In this document: one piece after another, positions 19,307 to 28,318 of the stretch
Numbering within the stretch: position 1 is the first letter of the stretch
Layout: each line of letters begins with the position of its first letter
Source: a virus
Taxonomy: Duplodnaviria > Caudoviricetes
Strand: one strand, 5' to 3'
DNA: 64,000 bases
Virus record (IMG/VR): IMGVR_UViG_3300032272_000005
Location: 1-64,000 of that record
The notes under the pieces: model-generated
The model's input: the letters and a program-made list of their open reading frames with translations, nothing else
What the model was told of the DNA's origin: nothing
The model's database searches: none
Made by a program: the position numbers and the translations under genes

Positions 19307-19332
19307 GGCGGGGGTGCGTGCCCCCTACCGCC
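19307..19332 (-). terminator. GC-rich hairpin after the tail tube gene
   Basis: GGCGG-TA-GGGGG-CACGCA-CCCC-CGCC; no strong U tract. Confidence 0.35.
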
Positions 19333-19348
19333 AGTGATCTTGAGATCA

Positions 19349-20668
19349 TTATGTGAACAGGATTTCCAGTTCATCATTACCAGACAGACGAGCAAGTGAG
19401 CCGTCAATACTGAACACTCGGATGTTGTTACGATCCGAATACCCGATACCAGTGATTTGTTGGTTCGGTGCGTGTAGTAAAACGATGTTTCCATCTACCG
19501 TACCGTGGCGAACCCACCATTCTACCGAAGTACCGTTCTCTAAATAAGACCAGAGCGGCTCTACAGACGCAAGGACGGCTTCTGGGTCATAGGACACAGT
19601 TGGTTCCCGTGCGGTAAGGAATGCGCCCTCAGACGCTTCTGAGGCGTTGATGCAATCGCGGATAGCAATGTTGTTAGCCATGTCCACGGCCCATTGTGAA
19701 GCACATAGCGAAACTTCTTTCGCAGCGTACCGCTGTGCAATCGACATTGCAGCGTATTCAACTTGCACAGGATCGGTATCTTCAAACGTACCTTCGAGTG
19801 TAGTTTCGTCAACCTGCGCGTTGTAGGTTCCCGTGAATTCGAAGTCGAATGTTGGGAAGCCGCCAATGGCTGCATTGATAGCAACCGTGCCGCGTGCACC
19901 AATTAAGCGGTGGCGGATCGCCTGACCAGAACTATCAGGATACTGGATGTCCATCGTGACACTTTCGATGTTGTCAGTGATTGGCTTATACAGATACCCG
20001 ATTGGGCGGATATGGACAAAGTAAACGTCGCCTACGGCTGGATTGGTTGTCTGGAAGTCAGGTGTGAAGCGTGCAATCTCTAAACCGTCATTATCATGCA
20101 GTCCGATTTCCACGCCGTCAGTCAGGATCACTTCGTCAGTGTCCGCCATTGCGACTGCGTTCAATCCGCCCACAGTAGTGTCTGCTTCGGCTGGATGGGT
20201 GATTGCAGCCACGGCTACGCCCGTTCCGCCAGTTGTGGTTATTTCCACACGCGCTTTCAAGTAGACGCCGCCTGTATAGGTGGTTGTCGCGCCGTAAAAG
20301 TTCATGTCGCCTGTGTTGTCTGTATGAGGGACGACACGGAAGACGTTTTCAAAGGCTGTATTGATTTGAGTTTCCCCGAAACCGCAAGCCTTCAAAAGTG
20401 AACCGATGCGCGGTGCAACAGAAGCGGCTGTATTACCATTGGATTTGACTTCCAGTGAAAAGCGCATTTTCCCGACTTTACGGGTAACGAGATTTTCAAA
20501 AGGTGATATGTCATTTGAGACAACAGCCCTACGTTGGGTTGTGATGTCTGGTGCAAAATCTGGTGAGATAACTTCGAATGCGTCTGTGGAAGCCGTTAAT
20601 GCTTCCGCCACGTTGAAAACGCTTTCGGTCTTTGCGAGTAGTAATCCGCGTGTGAATTGGATAGTCAT
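19349..20668 (-). CDS. Major tail tube protein
   Basis: LLLAKTES.., LLKACGF, F.F.FTG.Y and R.D.N motifs of siphophage tube proteins; position after the terminator gene; RBS GGAGG. Confidence 0.85.
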   Translation of the reverse strand: MTIQFTRGLLLAKTESVFNVAEALTASTDAFEVISPDFAPDITTQRRAVVSNDISPFENLVTRKVGKMRFSLEVKSNGNTAASVAPRIGSLLKACGFGETQINTAFENVFRVVPHTDNTGDMNFYGATTTYTGGVYLKARVEITTTGGTGVAVAAITHPAEADTTVGGLNAVAMADTDEVILTDGVEIGLHDNDGLEIARFTPDFQTTNPAVGDVYFVHIRPIGYLYKPITDNIESVTMDIQYPDSSGQAIRHRLIGARGTVAINAAIGGFPTFDFEFTGTYNAQVDETTLEGTFEDTDPVQVEYAAMSIAQRYAAKEVSLCASQWAVDMANNIAIRDCINASEASEGAFLTAREPTVSYDPEAVLASVEPLWSYLENGTSVEWWVRHGTVDGNIVLLHAPNQQITGIGYSDRNNIRVFSIDGSLARLSGNDELEILFT

Positions 20669-20744
20669 AAGGAGCCTCCGTCCATAGAATTCTAAGGTGT
20701 TCGGGGCGTCCTGCTACGAACCATTCCCGACATGATACTGCTAG

Positions 20745-20773
20745 TTGTAGTATAAAACAAGAGGGAAACCAAG
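20745..20773 (-). promoter_or_regulatory. CTTG-N17-CTA class promoter upstream of the tail tube gene
   Basis: CTTGGT-N17-CTACAA. Confidence 0.45.
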
Positions 20774-20781
20774 TATAGACT

Positions 20782-21231
20782 TTATGCCCGTGGATTTGAT
20801 CTCAGTGTTCTGTACTGCACATTCATAAATAATGACACGACAACAGTGCGGTCAGTCAAGTCCTCACTGTCGATCACGTTGGACTGAAAGAAGGTTCCCA
20901 TAGCCAAGCCGCCCCATGTTTCATTAGCCACAATGACTTCTTCCATATCGGCAAGGACTTCACGCGCCCCGTCTCTGATCTCAGTGCCTATGGGGATATA
21001 GGCCGAACACGACAGTTCTACATCAAGGTTTCTGTCCCGTGCGTTGTGCGCTATTTTGTCCACATATATCTCGGTTCCTTCAAGCAATTCCAGAGTATTC
21101 TGGCCTTTTTTCCTGAAACCCTCGTTAGATGTGTATGTCACCCGTTTCCAAAGCGTGCCCCCAGTCGGGGTTGCGGCTAGGAAAACTGATTTCATATTCT
21201 GCATAATATCGGTGCGAATGCTATCTGGCAC
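20782..21231 (-). CDS. Tail terminator protein (lambda gpU-like)
   Basis: Size, position, N.TWGGLA..T motif. Confidence 0.7.
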   Translation of the reverse strand: MPDSIRTDIMQNMKSVFLAATPTGGTLWKRVTYTSNEGFRKKGQNTLELLEGTEIYVDKIAHNARDRNLDVELSCSAYIPIGTEIRDGAREVLADMEEVIVANETWGGLAMGTFFQSNVIDSEDLTDRTVVVSLFMNVQYRTLRSNPRA

Positions 21232-21886
21232 GGTTGAACTCCTTTAGTATTTCCTTTGCCAGTACATCTGACAATAATGTCCGACCTGCTTCGAATGCTT
21301 CCGTGAATGCAAGCCGCTTGGGGATCGTCACTGATTTCTTTAAAACGTATAGCGGGATCATATCTTTTTTACCACGCTTTTGCATAATCAACAGATTGCC
21401 TTTTTTGGATTTGATTATGAAGGTGTTGCGCCACGCCCGTGCATTAGGTTTCTTTGGCGTGCCGTTCTTGTTCAATGCGGCTGGCAGGGGAATGGTGAGA
21501 TACTGGGAATTCTTCGGGCGGATCGTTGCCCCGTTCTCATGCACGACTGCGTGCCCAGACAATGTGAAGCTGGTTTTGATTTCGCTTGTGGTCTTGCTGT
21601 CTTTGATTTGCTTGTTATCCAGTGAGCGTGCCAGTTCGCCTGATCGCTTCGATAATGTGCCTGGAAAATTGCCCCGTGCGGATGTGCCAGATGGGTAGGG
21701 TGTTGATACCCGCGCTCGGACAGAACCTACGACGCCCTCCATGTATTTTCTGATCTCCCGTTTAACGACGGGCAACATGTTGTCGAAGTCCTTTTCAATA
21801 TCCTTGGCTACGACATTCAGGCCGCGCGTGACGTCGCGGTAGCGTTTGCCGCGCCAGTCCAATTCAACTGAGAATTCTGGTAGCAT
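21221..21886 (-). CDS. Neck/tail completion protein (HK97 gp10-like)
   Basis: Basic; RSGELARSL, VHENGATIRPK, L.IP, LKKSVTIPKR motifs. Confidence 0.7.
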   Translation of the reverse strand: MLPEFSVELDWRGKRYRDVTRGLNVVAKDIEKDFDNMLPVVKREIRKYMEGVVGSVRARVSTPYPSGTSARGNFPGTLSKRSGELARSLDNKQIKDSKTTSEIKTSFTLSGHAVVHENGATIRPKNSQYLTIPLPAALNKNGTPKKPNARAWRNTFIIKSKKGNLLIMQKRGKKDMIPLYVLKKSVTIPKRLAFTEAFEAGRTLLSDVLAKEILKEFNRAR

Positions 21887-22548
21887 TATGTACCTACTTC
21901 GGAAGCCACTGGTTTGATCGCGTTTAGATGTGTTCGGGCCTGTGTGGAAAAGTGGGTAGATACCGCCATTTTCAACTCATCAAAATCTTCGATAGCGTCT
22001 TCGGAAACGAATGCCCGATTGAACCGTAGATTGAGAGCGGTCTGTGCCATAGCTGCATCAGACAACCATGCTGGCACGCCTTCATATTCTTCACTGGAAT
22101 TGGTGTCGAACCCGCCTGAGTAATCAACCAGCACCCATTGATTTTCCAGTTCCACGCCGTACACGGATAACAGCCCCTTGTCATAGTCGATAATCAAGTG
22201 ATCGCTTTCCCCGTCTTCTTCAGTGTCAGACAGATCAACCATATCGGCCAGATCACCGTTCCGTAAATCCAAGGGGCTAGATGCATAATAGGCCGTGACT
22301 GTTCCAGATGTTACGAAACCACGGGCCAGAGAAAAACTGCGATTAAGTGTCCTGCCCGTTCCGAACATGCGGTCAACTTCAAAAAAGTCGCGGCGTGCCG
22401 TGTAAGGGGCAAAGTCACCAAATCGGAAACGAGAGGCCAATGTAGAGGTTGCAGCTTTTGACGCCTCAGAAACAGCGTTAAAAAAATCGGTGACTGTCAT
22501 GTCAATTCCGAAGCGCGTTCCATATTCGTCTAAGTCAAATAAGTGCAT
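21886..22548 (-). CDS. Head-tail adaptor/connector
   Basis: Position; V.VDYSGGF...VP.WL..AA motif. Confidence 0.65.
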   Translation of the reverse strand: MHLFDLDEYGTRFGIDMTVTDFFNAVSEASKAATSTLASRFRFGDFAPYTARRDFFEVDRMFGTGRTLNRSFSLARGFVTSGTVTAYYASSPLDLRNGDLADMVDLSDTEEDGESDHLIIDYDKGLLSVYGVELENQWVLVDYSGGFDTNSSEEYEGVPAWLSDAAMAQTALNLRFNRAFVSEDAIEDFDELKMAVSTHFSTQARTHLNAIKPVASEVGT

Positions 22549-22572
22549 TGTGTTGGCCTCTCGATATTAGGA

Positions 22573-23238
22573 TTATGCTACTTCAATTGCACCAGCTTTA
22601 ACAGGTGCGGTAGCGGGTTTGGGTTTCCCTGTTACCTTTAAAGTAGTCTTGGCGGTTGCGCCACCTTTGGTTGCTTTATCGGGCAGATCGCCACCCGTCA
22701 GATCACCAGAACCTTCATCACCCGTAGCTGGGGCTGTAACACCGCCCAGTGCAAGGTCAGAAATATCGTCAGAGGTGTCTACAGATAAAGCCGCCACAAT
22801 GTCCGCTTTCTTGGTAATGCCCACCAGTGGCACGCCAGCGTTTGTTGCAATGGAACGTAGTTGTGCAACTGTCATTGCTTCAAGCGCGTCAGCTTCGATA
22901 CCGACTTCCGAGCCTTGGAGTGCTAATGCAGCCGCTTGCTCTTGGCTCAAGGCGGGGTTGTTCTTCCCATCCAGATCAGCCATGTCAACTAAGTCACTCG
23001 GTTGGTCGCCCATCTGTGGGAAAGCCAATTCTTCGACTTCCATAGCAGGTGTGGGGTCATAGTCCACGAATGCGCCGTTAAGGGTTTTTACCAGATAATC
23101 CCGCGTTTTCTTTGCGACGGTAACAGTACCGCCCCGCATTACTTTTAGTCCACCCATGCGGTAGGAACGTGGGCCTACCAATTGAACCATATATTTTTCG
23201 CCATCAGGCGTGTTTACTTTAAACATTTCAGTCTCCAT
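22573..23238 (-). CDS. Acidic head-associated protein with a Rho_N/HeH-like motif
   Basis: LEAMTVAQLRSIA..AGV.L.GITKKADIVAAL. Confidence 0.55.
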   Translation of the reverse strand: METEMFKVNTPDGEKYMVQLVGPRSYRMGGLKVMRGGTVTVAKKTRDYLVKTLNGAFVDYDPTPAMEVEELAFPQMGDQPSDLVDMADLDGKNNPALSQEQAAALALQGSEVGIEADALEAMTVAQLRSIATNAGVPLVGITKKADIVAALSVDTSDDISDLALGGVTAPATGDEGSGDLTGGDLPDKATKGGATAKTTLKVTGKPKPATAPVKAGAIEVA

Positions 23239-23340
23239 TTATCTGGCATTGCCAGTGTCAATAGGGCAGCACAACCATTTGTGGCCTTTCAAGAATATGC
23301 AGTAAAGTGTGGATCATTGCAAGCGACAAGACTGGGCACA

Positions 23341-23366
23341 AAAAAACCCCACTTGCGCAGGGCCTT
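23341..23366 (-). terminator. Rho-independent terminator-like hairpin closing the moron
   Basis: GGCCCTGC-GCAA-GTGGGGTT followed by a T run. Confidence 0.45.
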
Positions 23367-23396
23367 TCTGGGAGGGTCTTTAGTGTGATCTTGAGA

Positions 23397-23774
23397 TCAC
23401 TTGGGTTCGGGGATCGTATCCTCAAATCTTTCATGCTGGGCACCATCAAGTTTTATGCCAGCGGCGTTATCACAATCAAGCATCTTCAACCGAAGTGGGA
23501 TATTATTCCCGTGTCCCAGTTGGTTTACAAGCCACCCTACACAGTGCGTTTCATCTTCTGGGCCATGTTCATGGCAGGACATGGCGTTAACGGCTCTTAG
23601 GGGATGTTCAGGGTCGGTTATGGTACTTTTAAGAGCCTTGTGTTTGTCCACGTCATACCCATTTGGGATGGCATAGGGATCAGTTGATACTTTCCAAGGG
23701 CACTTGTCGCATTGTTTCAGGCGTTTTAGTTTCCAGCCCATCAAGCGTCCACCCCCTCTAACCAGATAACCCAT
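23397..23774 (-). CDS. Cys/His-rich hypothetical protein (DUF6283-like)
   Basis: QCDKCPW, MSCHE and HCVGWL motifs; likely start is MGWK. Confidence 0.55.
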   Translation of the reverse strand: MGYLVRGGGRLMGWKLKRLKQCDKCPWKVSTDPYAIPNGYDVDKHKALKSTITDPEHPLRAVNAMSCHEHGPEDETHCVGWLVNQLGHGNNIPLRLKMLDCDNAAGIKLDGAQHERFEDTIPEPK

Positions 23775-23938
23775 TCTTCGTAGGTGCCCATAAAGCCCAT
23801 ATCCGAAGCGACCTCATTACGGGCCATTTTTTCATTACCAGCTTTGTAGTATTCTCTGGCGTTCATGGCGTGTGCGACGTTGCGATCTTCATCGTCCATA
23901 TCGTCTGTGATTTTGCGGATGTTCATTTTAATCTCCAA
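23741..23938 (-). CDS. Hypothetical protein
   Basis: GGAG RBS and its own promoter at 23964-23992. Confidence 0.6.
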   Translation of the reverse strand: MEIKMNIRKITDDMDDEDRNVAHAMNAREYYKAGNEKMARNEVASDMGFMGTYEEWVIWLEGVDA

Positions 23939-24001
23939 AGTTGTTTAGTGTGGTGTTGTACCCTACGTACACCCCTGTTAATAGTTTGTCAACCATTAAA
24001 T

Positions 24002-24082
24002 AAAAAAATCCCCGCCCTGCGAGAACAGAAAACGGGGAGTTTGGTTTCGAGGCAATTAAGTCAGGCGAACCTGTCTACGAGA
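24002..24082 (-). ncRNA. Candidate ~80-nt small RNA
   Basis: TTGACA-N17-TATACA promoter (24117-24089), no downstream ATG/RBS, CAGG-TTCG-CCTG hairpin, and a TCCCCG...CGGGGA-T7 terminator. Confidence 0.6.
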
Positions 24083-24124
24083 ATTAAATGTATAAAGCAT
24101 TAATCTGGATTTGTCAACTCCACG

Positions 24125-24150
24125 AAAAAAGGCGACCCGTAAGAGCCGCC
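24125..24150 (-). terminator. Rho-independent terminator after the major capsid gene
   Basis: GGCGGCTC-TTAC-GGGTCGCC-TTTTTT. Confidence 0.85.
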
Positions 24151-24180
24151 CTTCTTAGTCAGACCGATGAAAGTCTGGGA

Positions 24181-25155
24181 TTAGGTATCAATACCAGCAA
24201 TGTTGTTTGTAACCACTGAAGCATCTGGTTCTTCGGTCACGACTGCAACACGGGCTGAAAGCACCATCTTGTAGACGCGCGCTGAAATATCTTTTTCATA
24301 TTCCAGCGAGATTTGACGTTGGATACCCATGATGAAATTCAAAGGATTTGACAGAATGCTGTGATCGTTTGGCATCAAGTGTACAGGCTGCAAGGGGACA
24401 CCGAAACCGAACACTGGGTTGAAGCCAGTAATCGTGTTGTCACCAAGACCAGTTGCACGACTTGCCAATGTGTCACGATATTCGATCTCGTTATCAACCG
24501 ACATAAAGTTACGCATTGAAGCGCGGTCACGATGGTACTGAGGCGGCAAGGACTGCATACTGTTTTTGAACATGGCCCGTGCTACCGTCCCACCAAGGTG
24601 GTTCACTACGTTCCCGTTAGATGTCAGATCAGCAATGAAGCCGTTTTCCAATGCAAGGAAATCATCTGTTGAAGTGGTATCACCTTGGATCGCCAATTCT
24701 TCCAGATCGCGTGAGGCCGCTTCGACCATGAGCGTTTGGATCGTATCAACCAGACCACCAGAAGCGGGCGTACCAGACGCACCAGAGCCATCTGAGTTCT
24801 GACCAATGTTACCGCGTTCCACGTTGTCTTCAATAACATCGTAAGGAAGACGAACTTCGGCAACAACTTCATCAGTGTTCAATTGAACTTGACTGGTTGT
24901 TGGCTTGGAACGATCACCAGACGACAGAGCCGTTGCTGATGTACCAGCCCGCAAGATACGTGTACCGAATTGGATTTTGTTAATGTTACGCTGTGAAGCT
25001 GCCATTTCAACAATACGGATAACACCCAACATAGTCGGCTGTAGGATCAGTTTGCGGATGAATGCGTTACCTTGTTCAGCGGTTAAAGCACCACCGTTCG
25101 AAGTAAGGTCACTCAAAGCAATATCTGCTTTTTGAAGTAATTCTCGGTTATTCAT
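24181..25155 (-). CDS. Major capsid protein (HK97 fold)
   Basis: 324 aa; GG.L..EQ...FI, YDVIEDN.ER, G.QR.I..E; follows protease/scaffold and precedes a strong terminator. Confidence 0.9.
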   Translation of the reverse strand: MNNRELLQKADIALSDLTSNGGALTAEQGNAFIRKLILQPTMLGVIRIVEMAASQRNINKIQFGTRILRAGTSATALSSGDRSKPTTSQVQLNTDEVVAEVRLPYDVIEDNVERGNIGQNSDGSGASGTPASGGLVDTIQTLMVEAASRDLEELAIQGDTTSTDDFLALENGFIADLTSNGNVVNHLGGTVARAMFKNSMQSLPPQYHRDRASMRNFMSVDNEIEYRDTLASRATGLGDNTITGFNPVFGFGVPLQPVHLMPNDHSILSNPLNFIMGIQRQISLEYEKDISARVYKMVLSARVAVVTEEPDASVVTNNIAGIDT

Positions 25156-25200
25156 GGCTAGGGTTCCTTTCTATAAAACTAAGCCTTTTAAGATCGGGCC

Positions 25201-26526
25201 TTAGCCCCGTTTGGCACTTGAGTAAGCGGTATCCATCAAAGGAATATCTCCGCTCGGTTCTTCCTTCTGGATGGACACAACATTGTTTGCCACGTCTTCA
25301 TCAGGAATTCCTGCGACACTACCACCAACGTCTTTGGTGAGTGCCTCGACTTTAGCGTCCGACTTGTCCAGTCGATCACTTACTTTTGACACCGCCTCGG
25401 CAATACCAGTAATCTGCCCACTGAGCGTTTTAGTCAGTGCTTCCATTGCCTCTGCAAATGTGTCTTCTTTCGAAGTCTTAGGTGCAGCGTCGAGAGGAAG
25501 TTCCTCTAAGTTGGCAGGTGCGGGTGCCGCTTCCACTTCAGGGGCGGGAGAAGGTGCCCCTTCTTCAGTTACGGGTTCGGCTGCGGCTTCCGCGCTGGCG
25601 GAAGTGTCTGTAGCAACCTCACTTGCCTCGGACGCATCCTCAGACCCTTGGGAAGTCTCGTCTGGGGCACCTGCTGCCACGGGTGCTTCAGCCGCGTCTG
25701 CGTCTTTATTAGGCGGTGTTTCATCAGCCACGGTTGCTGGAGTTGCCTCGGCAGCGGGTGTGGCTTCTGGCGTTGGCGTTTCTGCCACGTCTGCTGGTTT
25801 GAACAGCGCGTCGTATACGTCAGTGTTAAAAGCGTCTTCGGATGGTGAGCGGATGCCCAGTTCATTCGGAGATAATGCGACAAGTGCCTTCTCGAATTTG
25901 AAAGCCGCGACGGGTAGAGACGTGATCATATCGTCTACATATGCGCCGAAGTCAGCTACCGCTTTAGCAACACCAGTTTTGAATGCGGCTGCATCTTCTG
26001 TGGCGTCTGAGAAAGCGACGTTGCGAATGGTTGTATGCAGGGCATCAAGACCGAGCATAATTCCAGGCACAAAGCCTTCCTGTTTCAGTGCATCGTCAAA
26101 ATTCTCACTGTCCAATTCAAACAGAGCAAAACGCTTCTGCAAATCTTCCATGCCAGTTACACCATATGCGACACCAAGATCATAGCCCATATGGACAACA
26201 GTTTCTTTTACGTCAGCGGGTGCGTCTGCGCTGCGGATTACGTGGACTGACCCATCGGACTTTACATCCGTTAGATCGCCTTCAATCAGCATGGCCCCTA
26301 GCACTTCGGCTGCGGCGGCTGATTTGGCAAATACAGAAACGACAGTAGCCGCTTGTTTACCGAACATATTCTTTAAAGACATTTGCATGGTGTTCTCTCC
26401 TTTAGAAGCACTTTCGTTTCGTTTCACAAATTTGAAGGGTGTCATGTTGGCGGGACGATCTACCAAAGAAATGTGGCTCACCTCTACATCGTGAAGTTTT
26501 GCTGTTTTCTTTTTGTTACGATCCAT
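25201..26526 (-). CDS. Capsid scaffolding protein with XkdF-type N-terminus
   Basis: L.DVEVSHISLVDRPAN...F.FVK; Ala/Glu/Pro-rich linker and coiled-coil C-terminus. Confidence 0.75.
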   Translation of the reverse strand: MDRNKKKTAKLHDVEVSHISLVDRPANMTPFKFVKRNESASKGENTMQMSLKNMFGKQAATVVSVFAKSAAAAEVLGAMLIEGDLTDVKSDGSVHVIRSADAPADVKETVVHMGYDLGVAYGVTGMEDLQKRFALFELDSENFDDALKQEGFVPGIMLGLDALHTTIRNVAFSDATEDAAAFKTGVAKAVADFGAYVDDMITSLPVAAFKFEKALVALSPNELGIRSPSEDAFNTDVYDALFKPADVAETPTPEATPAAEATPATVADETPPNKDADAAEAPVAAGAPDETSQGSEDASEASEVATDTSASAEAAAEPVTEEGAPSPAPEVEAAPAPANLEELPLDAAPKTSKEDTFAEAMEALTKTLSGQITGIAEAVSKVSDRLDKSDAKVEALTKDVGGSVAGIPDEDVANNVVSIQKEEPSGDIPLMDTAYSSAKRG

Positions 26527-26604
26527 TTTTAAAGCCTTCCATGCCGTCGCATTTGTTTTATCGCGTTGACGAAAGCTTCATATCCTCGTCGGGTATTGTT
26601 GTTA

Positions 26605-26633
26605 TGTTAGTGCACTTGGGTGCACGGGTCAAG
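26605..26633 (-). promoter_or_regulatory. CTTG-N17-CTA class promoter upstream of the scaffold gene
   Basis: CTTGAC-N17-CTAACA; the spacer contains GTGCAC-CCAA-GTGCAC. Confidence 0.55.
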
Positions 26634-26644
26634 AAGGTTACTGA

Positions 26645-27127
26645 TTAAAGTTTATCATCACTCTCTACCAAGTACCCCATGCCCTCGAATGAGAAGCCCG
26701 TCAGATCGCCATCTTTAATCATTTTCCATATTTTTGGATTTTCTATTTTGACAACACCAACCCATGCACCATCGGCATAATCAGGATCACCTTTGCGTGC
26801 AATGAAGCTTTCGACCAGATAGCAACCGTAGTCAGTGTTGTTATCATGCTGGACGTCGATTTGGGTAGTGTTTGCGGCCTTCATAAAGCCGTGGGCCATT
26901 TTTTCAATGCCCTCTTTGTCCATGTAGTGCCCATGCGCGTCTTCCACGTCGGGCAGATAAACCTCGGCATAAACCAGATGTTTTTCTACATCCATCTTGA
27001 TAATATGCCCGTGTTGCTTGGCAGTCGCGTCTGGGGCGTCACTGGCGCGATGATCAGTACGTTTCTGCAAGTGTGCGTCAATCGTAGCCGTGATCGCCTC
27101 TGTGAGTTCCTTTGGTAATGTCAGCAT
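26645..27127 (-). CDS. XkdF-like prohead serine protease
   Basis: LVYAEVYLPDVEDAHG, AHGFM, DVQH, ESFIA, G.WV and TGFSFEG motifs. Confidence 0.88.
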   Translation of the reverse strand: MLTLPKELTEAITATIDAHLQKRTDHRASDAPDATAKQHGHIIKMDVEKHLVYAEVYLPDVEDAHGHYMDKEGIEKMAHGFMKAANTTQIDVQHDNNTDYGCYLVESFIARKGDPDYADGAWVGVVKIENPKIWKMIKDGDLTGFSFEGMGYLVESDDKL

Positions 27128-27151
27128 GATGCCACTCCTTTGTTGTTTATC

Positions 27152-27180
27152 CTATAGCAGCGTAACACAAGTGCGGCAAG
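27152..27180 (-). promoter_or_regulatory. CTTG-N17-CTA class promoter upstream of the protease gene
   Basis: CTTGCC-N17-CTATAG. Confidence 0.55.
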
Positions 27181-27185
27181 ATACT

Positions 27186-27986
27186 TTAGACCGCAGGTAT
27201 AATGCTGGCGCAATAAGCATCCATTTGTGCTATGTCACCAGCAGACGGATTTTCCAGAACGATAAGAGCAAACAGATCATGGTTCCATGCAAAACCCAAG
27301 TCGTGTATATAGCGGCCTACCCATGGTGAAGCCCAGTCTGCATGTATCATGCTGACAGAAGATGCTGAAAATACCATAGGGGTAGTACCAGCGAAAGTGT
27401 CAAAAAACTCATTCTGGTTTGCTGGTGATACTTCAATAGTATTCTTGTAATACGTGGGCGTTCCCACATTTTCAGAAATGGATAATCCAGGCTCACCATC
27501 ATCACCTGTGCCAAGAAAGGTACTACCACCACTAGAGGGCAATATCATAAATGCGCCAGACCCATCCAAGGCTTCCTTGTTTCTGTAGGCAGACCATACA
27601 TGCATATTGGCGGTAAGGCCAGTAAGGGGTGCACGGGGCTGTAGTCGGTCACTGGCCCCATCAAAGGAAACCCACTGGTAATCTCCATCTGTATGGAAGG
27701 TAGGCCACCATGAGGCAGTGTGCATATAAAAATCCTGACTGTTAGCGGCATCATCCCAACTACCGACAGCCTCACCATCAGCCGTAACAAGCGTTGCTCT
27801 TGAGTTACTTGTGTACATAGCTGATTGGTCACGGGGCAATAATGCATAACCAGCTTTACCAGAGAACGCGGCAATCGGGAAATCCAAAGGGCCAGATGCA
27901 GTGGCAGGGGCACGGCGTCCACTCAGAGTAAGAGCAGGGCTTGCTAAGGCGATGGGTATTACACCCGCTGGTACTCGATAGGTCAT
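27186..27986 (-). CDS. Virion fibre/spike protein with a lectin-like domain
   Basis: LVTADGEAVGSWDD...WPTF..DG...VSFDG..D pattern seen in phage fibre domains. Confidence 0.55.
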   Translation of the reverse strand: MTYRVPAGVIPIALASPALTLSGRRAPATASGPLDFPIAAFSGKAGYALLPRDQSAMYTSNSRATLVTADGEAVGSWDDAANSQDFYMHTASWWPTFHTDGDYQWVSFDGASDRLQPRAPLTGLTANMHVWSAYRNKEALDGSGAFMILPSSGGSTFLGTGDDGEPGLSISENVGTPTYYKNTIEVSPANQNEFFDTFAGTTPMVFSASSVSMIHADWASPWVGRYIHDLGFAWNHDLFALIVLENPSAGDIAQMDAYCASIIPAV

Positions 27987-27994
27987 ATTAGTCC

Positions 27995-28318
27995 TTACGC
28001 CGTGATGAAGCCAATATTGCCGCCGCGTGAAACATCAATGATGTAGCGCGAGTTAGCTGTGATCGGGATGATTGGATCGTTTGCCAGAACTACGGCAGGG
28101 TCGCCAGATGCAGGACGAACACGATAGGCCACGGCTGTATCAGTTTCGATAACTGCAATATTTGCGTTGCCTGGAATTTCGAGATTTGTAGCCGTGCCTG
28201 ATATTGTATGAGCGGTGTATCCTACAGGGGGTTCTGTGACCAAGGGGCTGTCGCCGTTATTACCGATTGCCAACCCTTGATGAAACCAAACTTGTGCTGT
28301 TGCCATAATAGCCTCCAT
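27995..28318 (-). CDS. Small virion/decoration protein
   Basis: Beta-rich; co-transcribed with the fibre gene from promoter CTTGCC-N17-CTACTC (28360-28332). Confidence 0.5.
   Translation of the reverse strand: MEAIMATAQVWFHQGLAIGNNGDSPLVTEPPVGYTAHTISGTATNLEIPGNANIAVIETDTAVAYRVRPASGDPAVVLANDPIIPITANSRYIIDVSRGGNIGFITA

Noticed and set aside
24044-24103. 14-codon ORF MLYTFNSRRQVRLT in the sRNA locus
   Set aside because: The ATG lies in the promoter spacer upstream of the -10 box and has no RBS, and the MCP terminator blocks read-through.
14608-26494. Long plus-strand ORFs (e.g. 25271-26185, 16474-17004, 15049-15528, 22619-23062)
   Set aside because: They are antisense shadows of well-supported minus-strand structural genes; no RBS or motifs.
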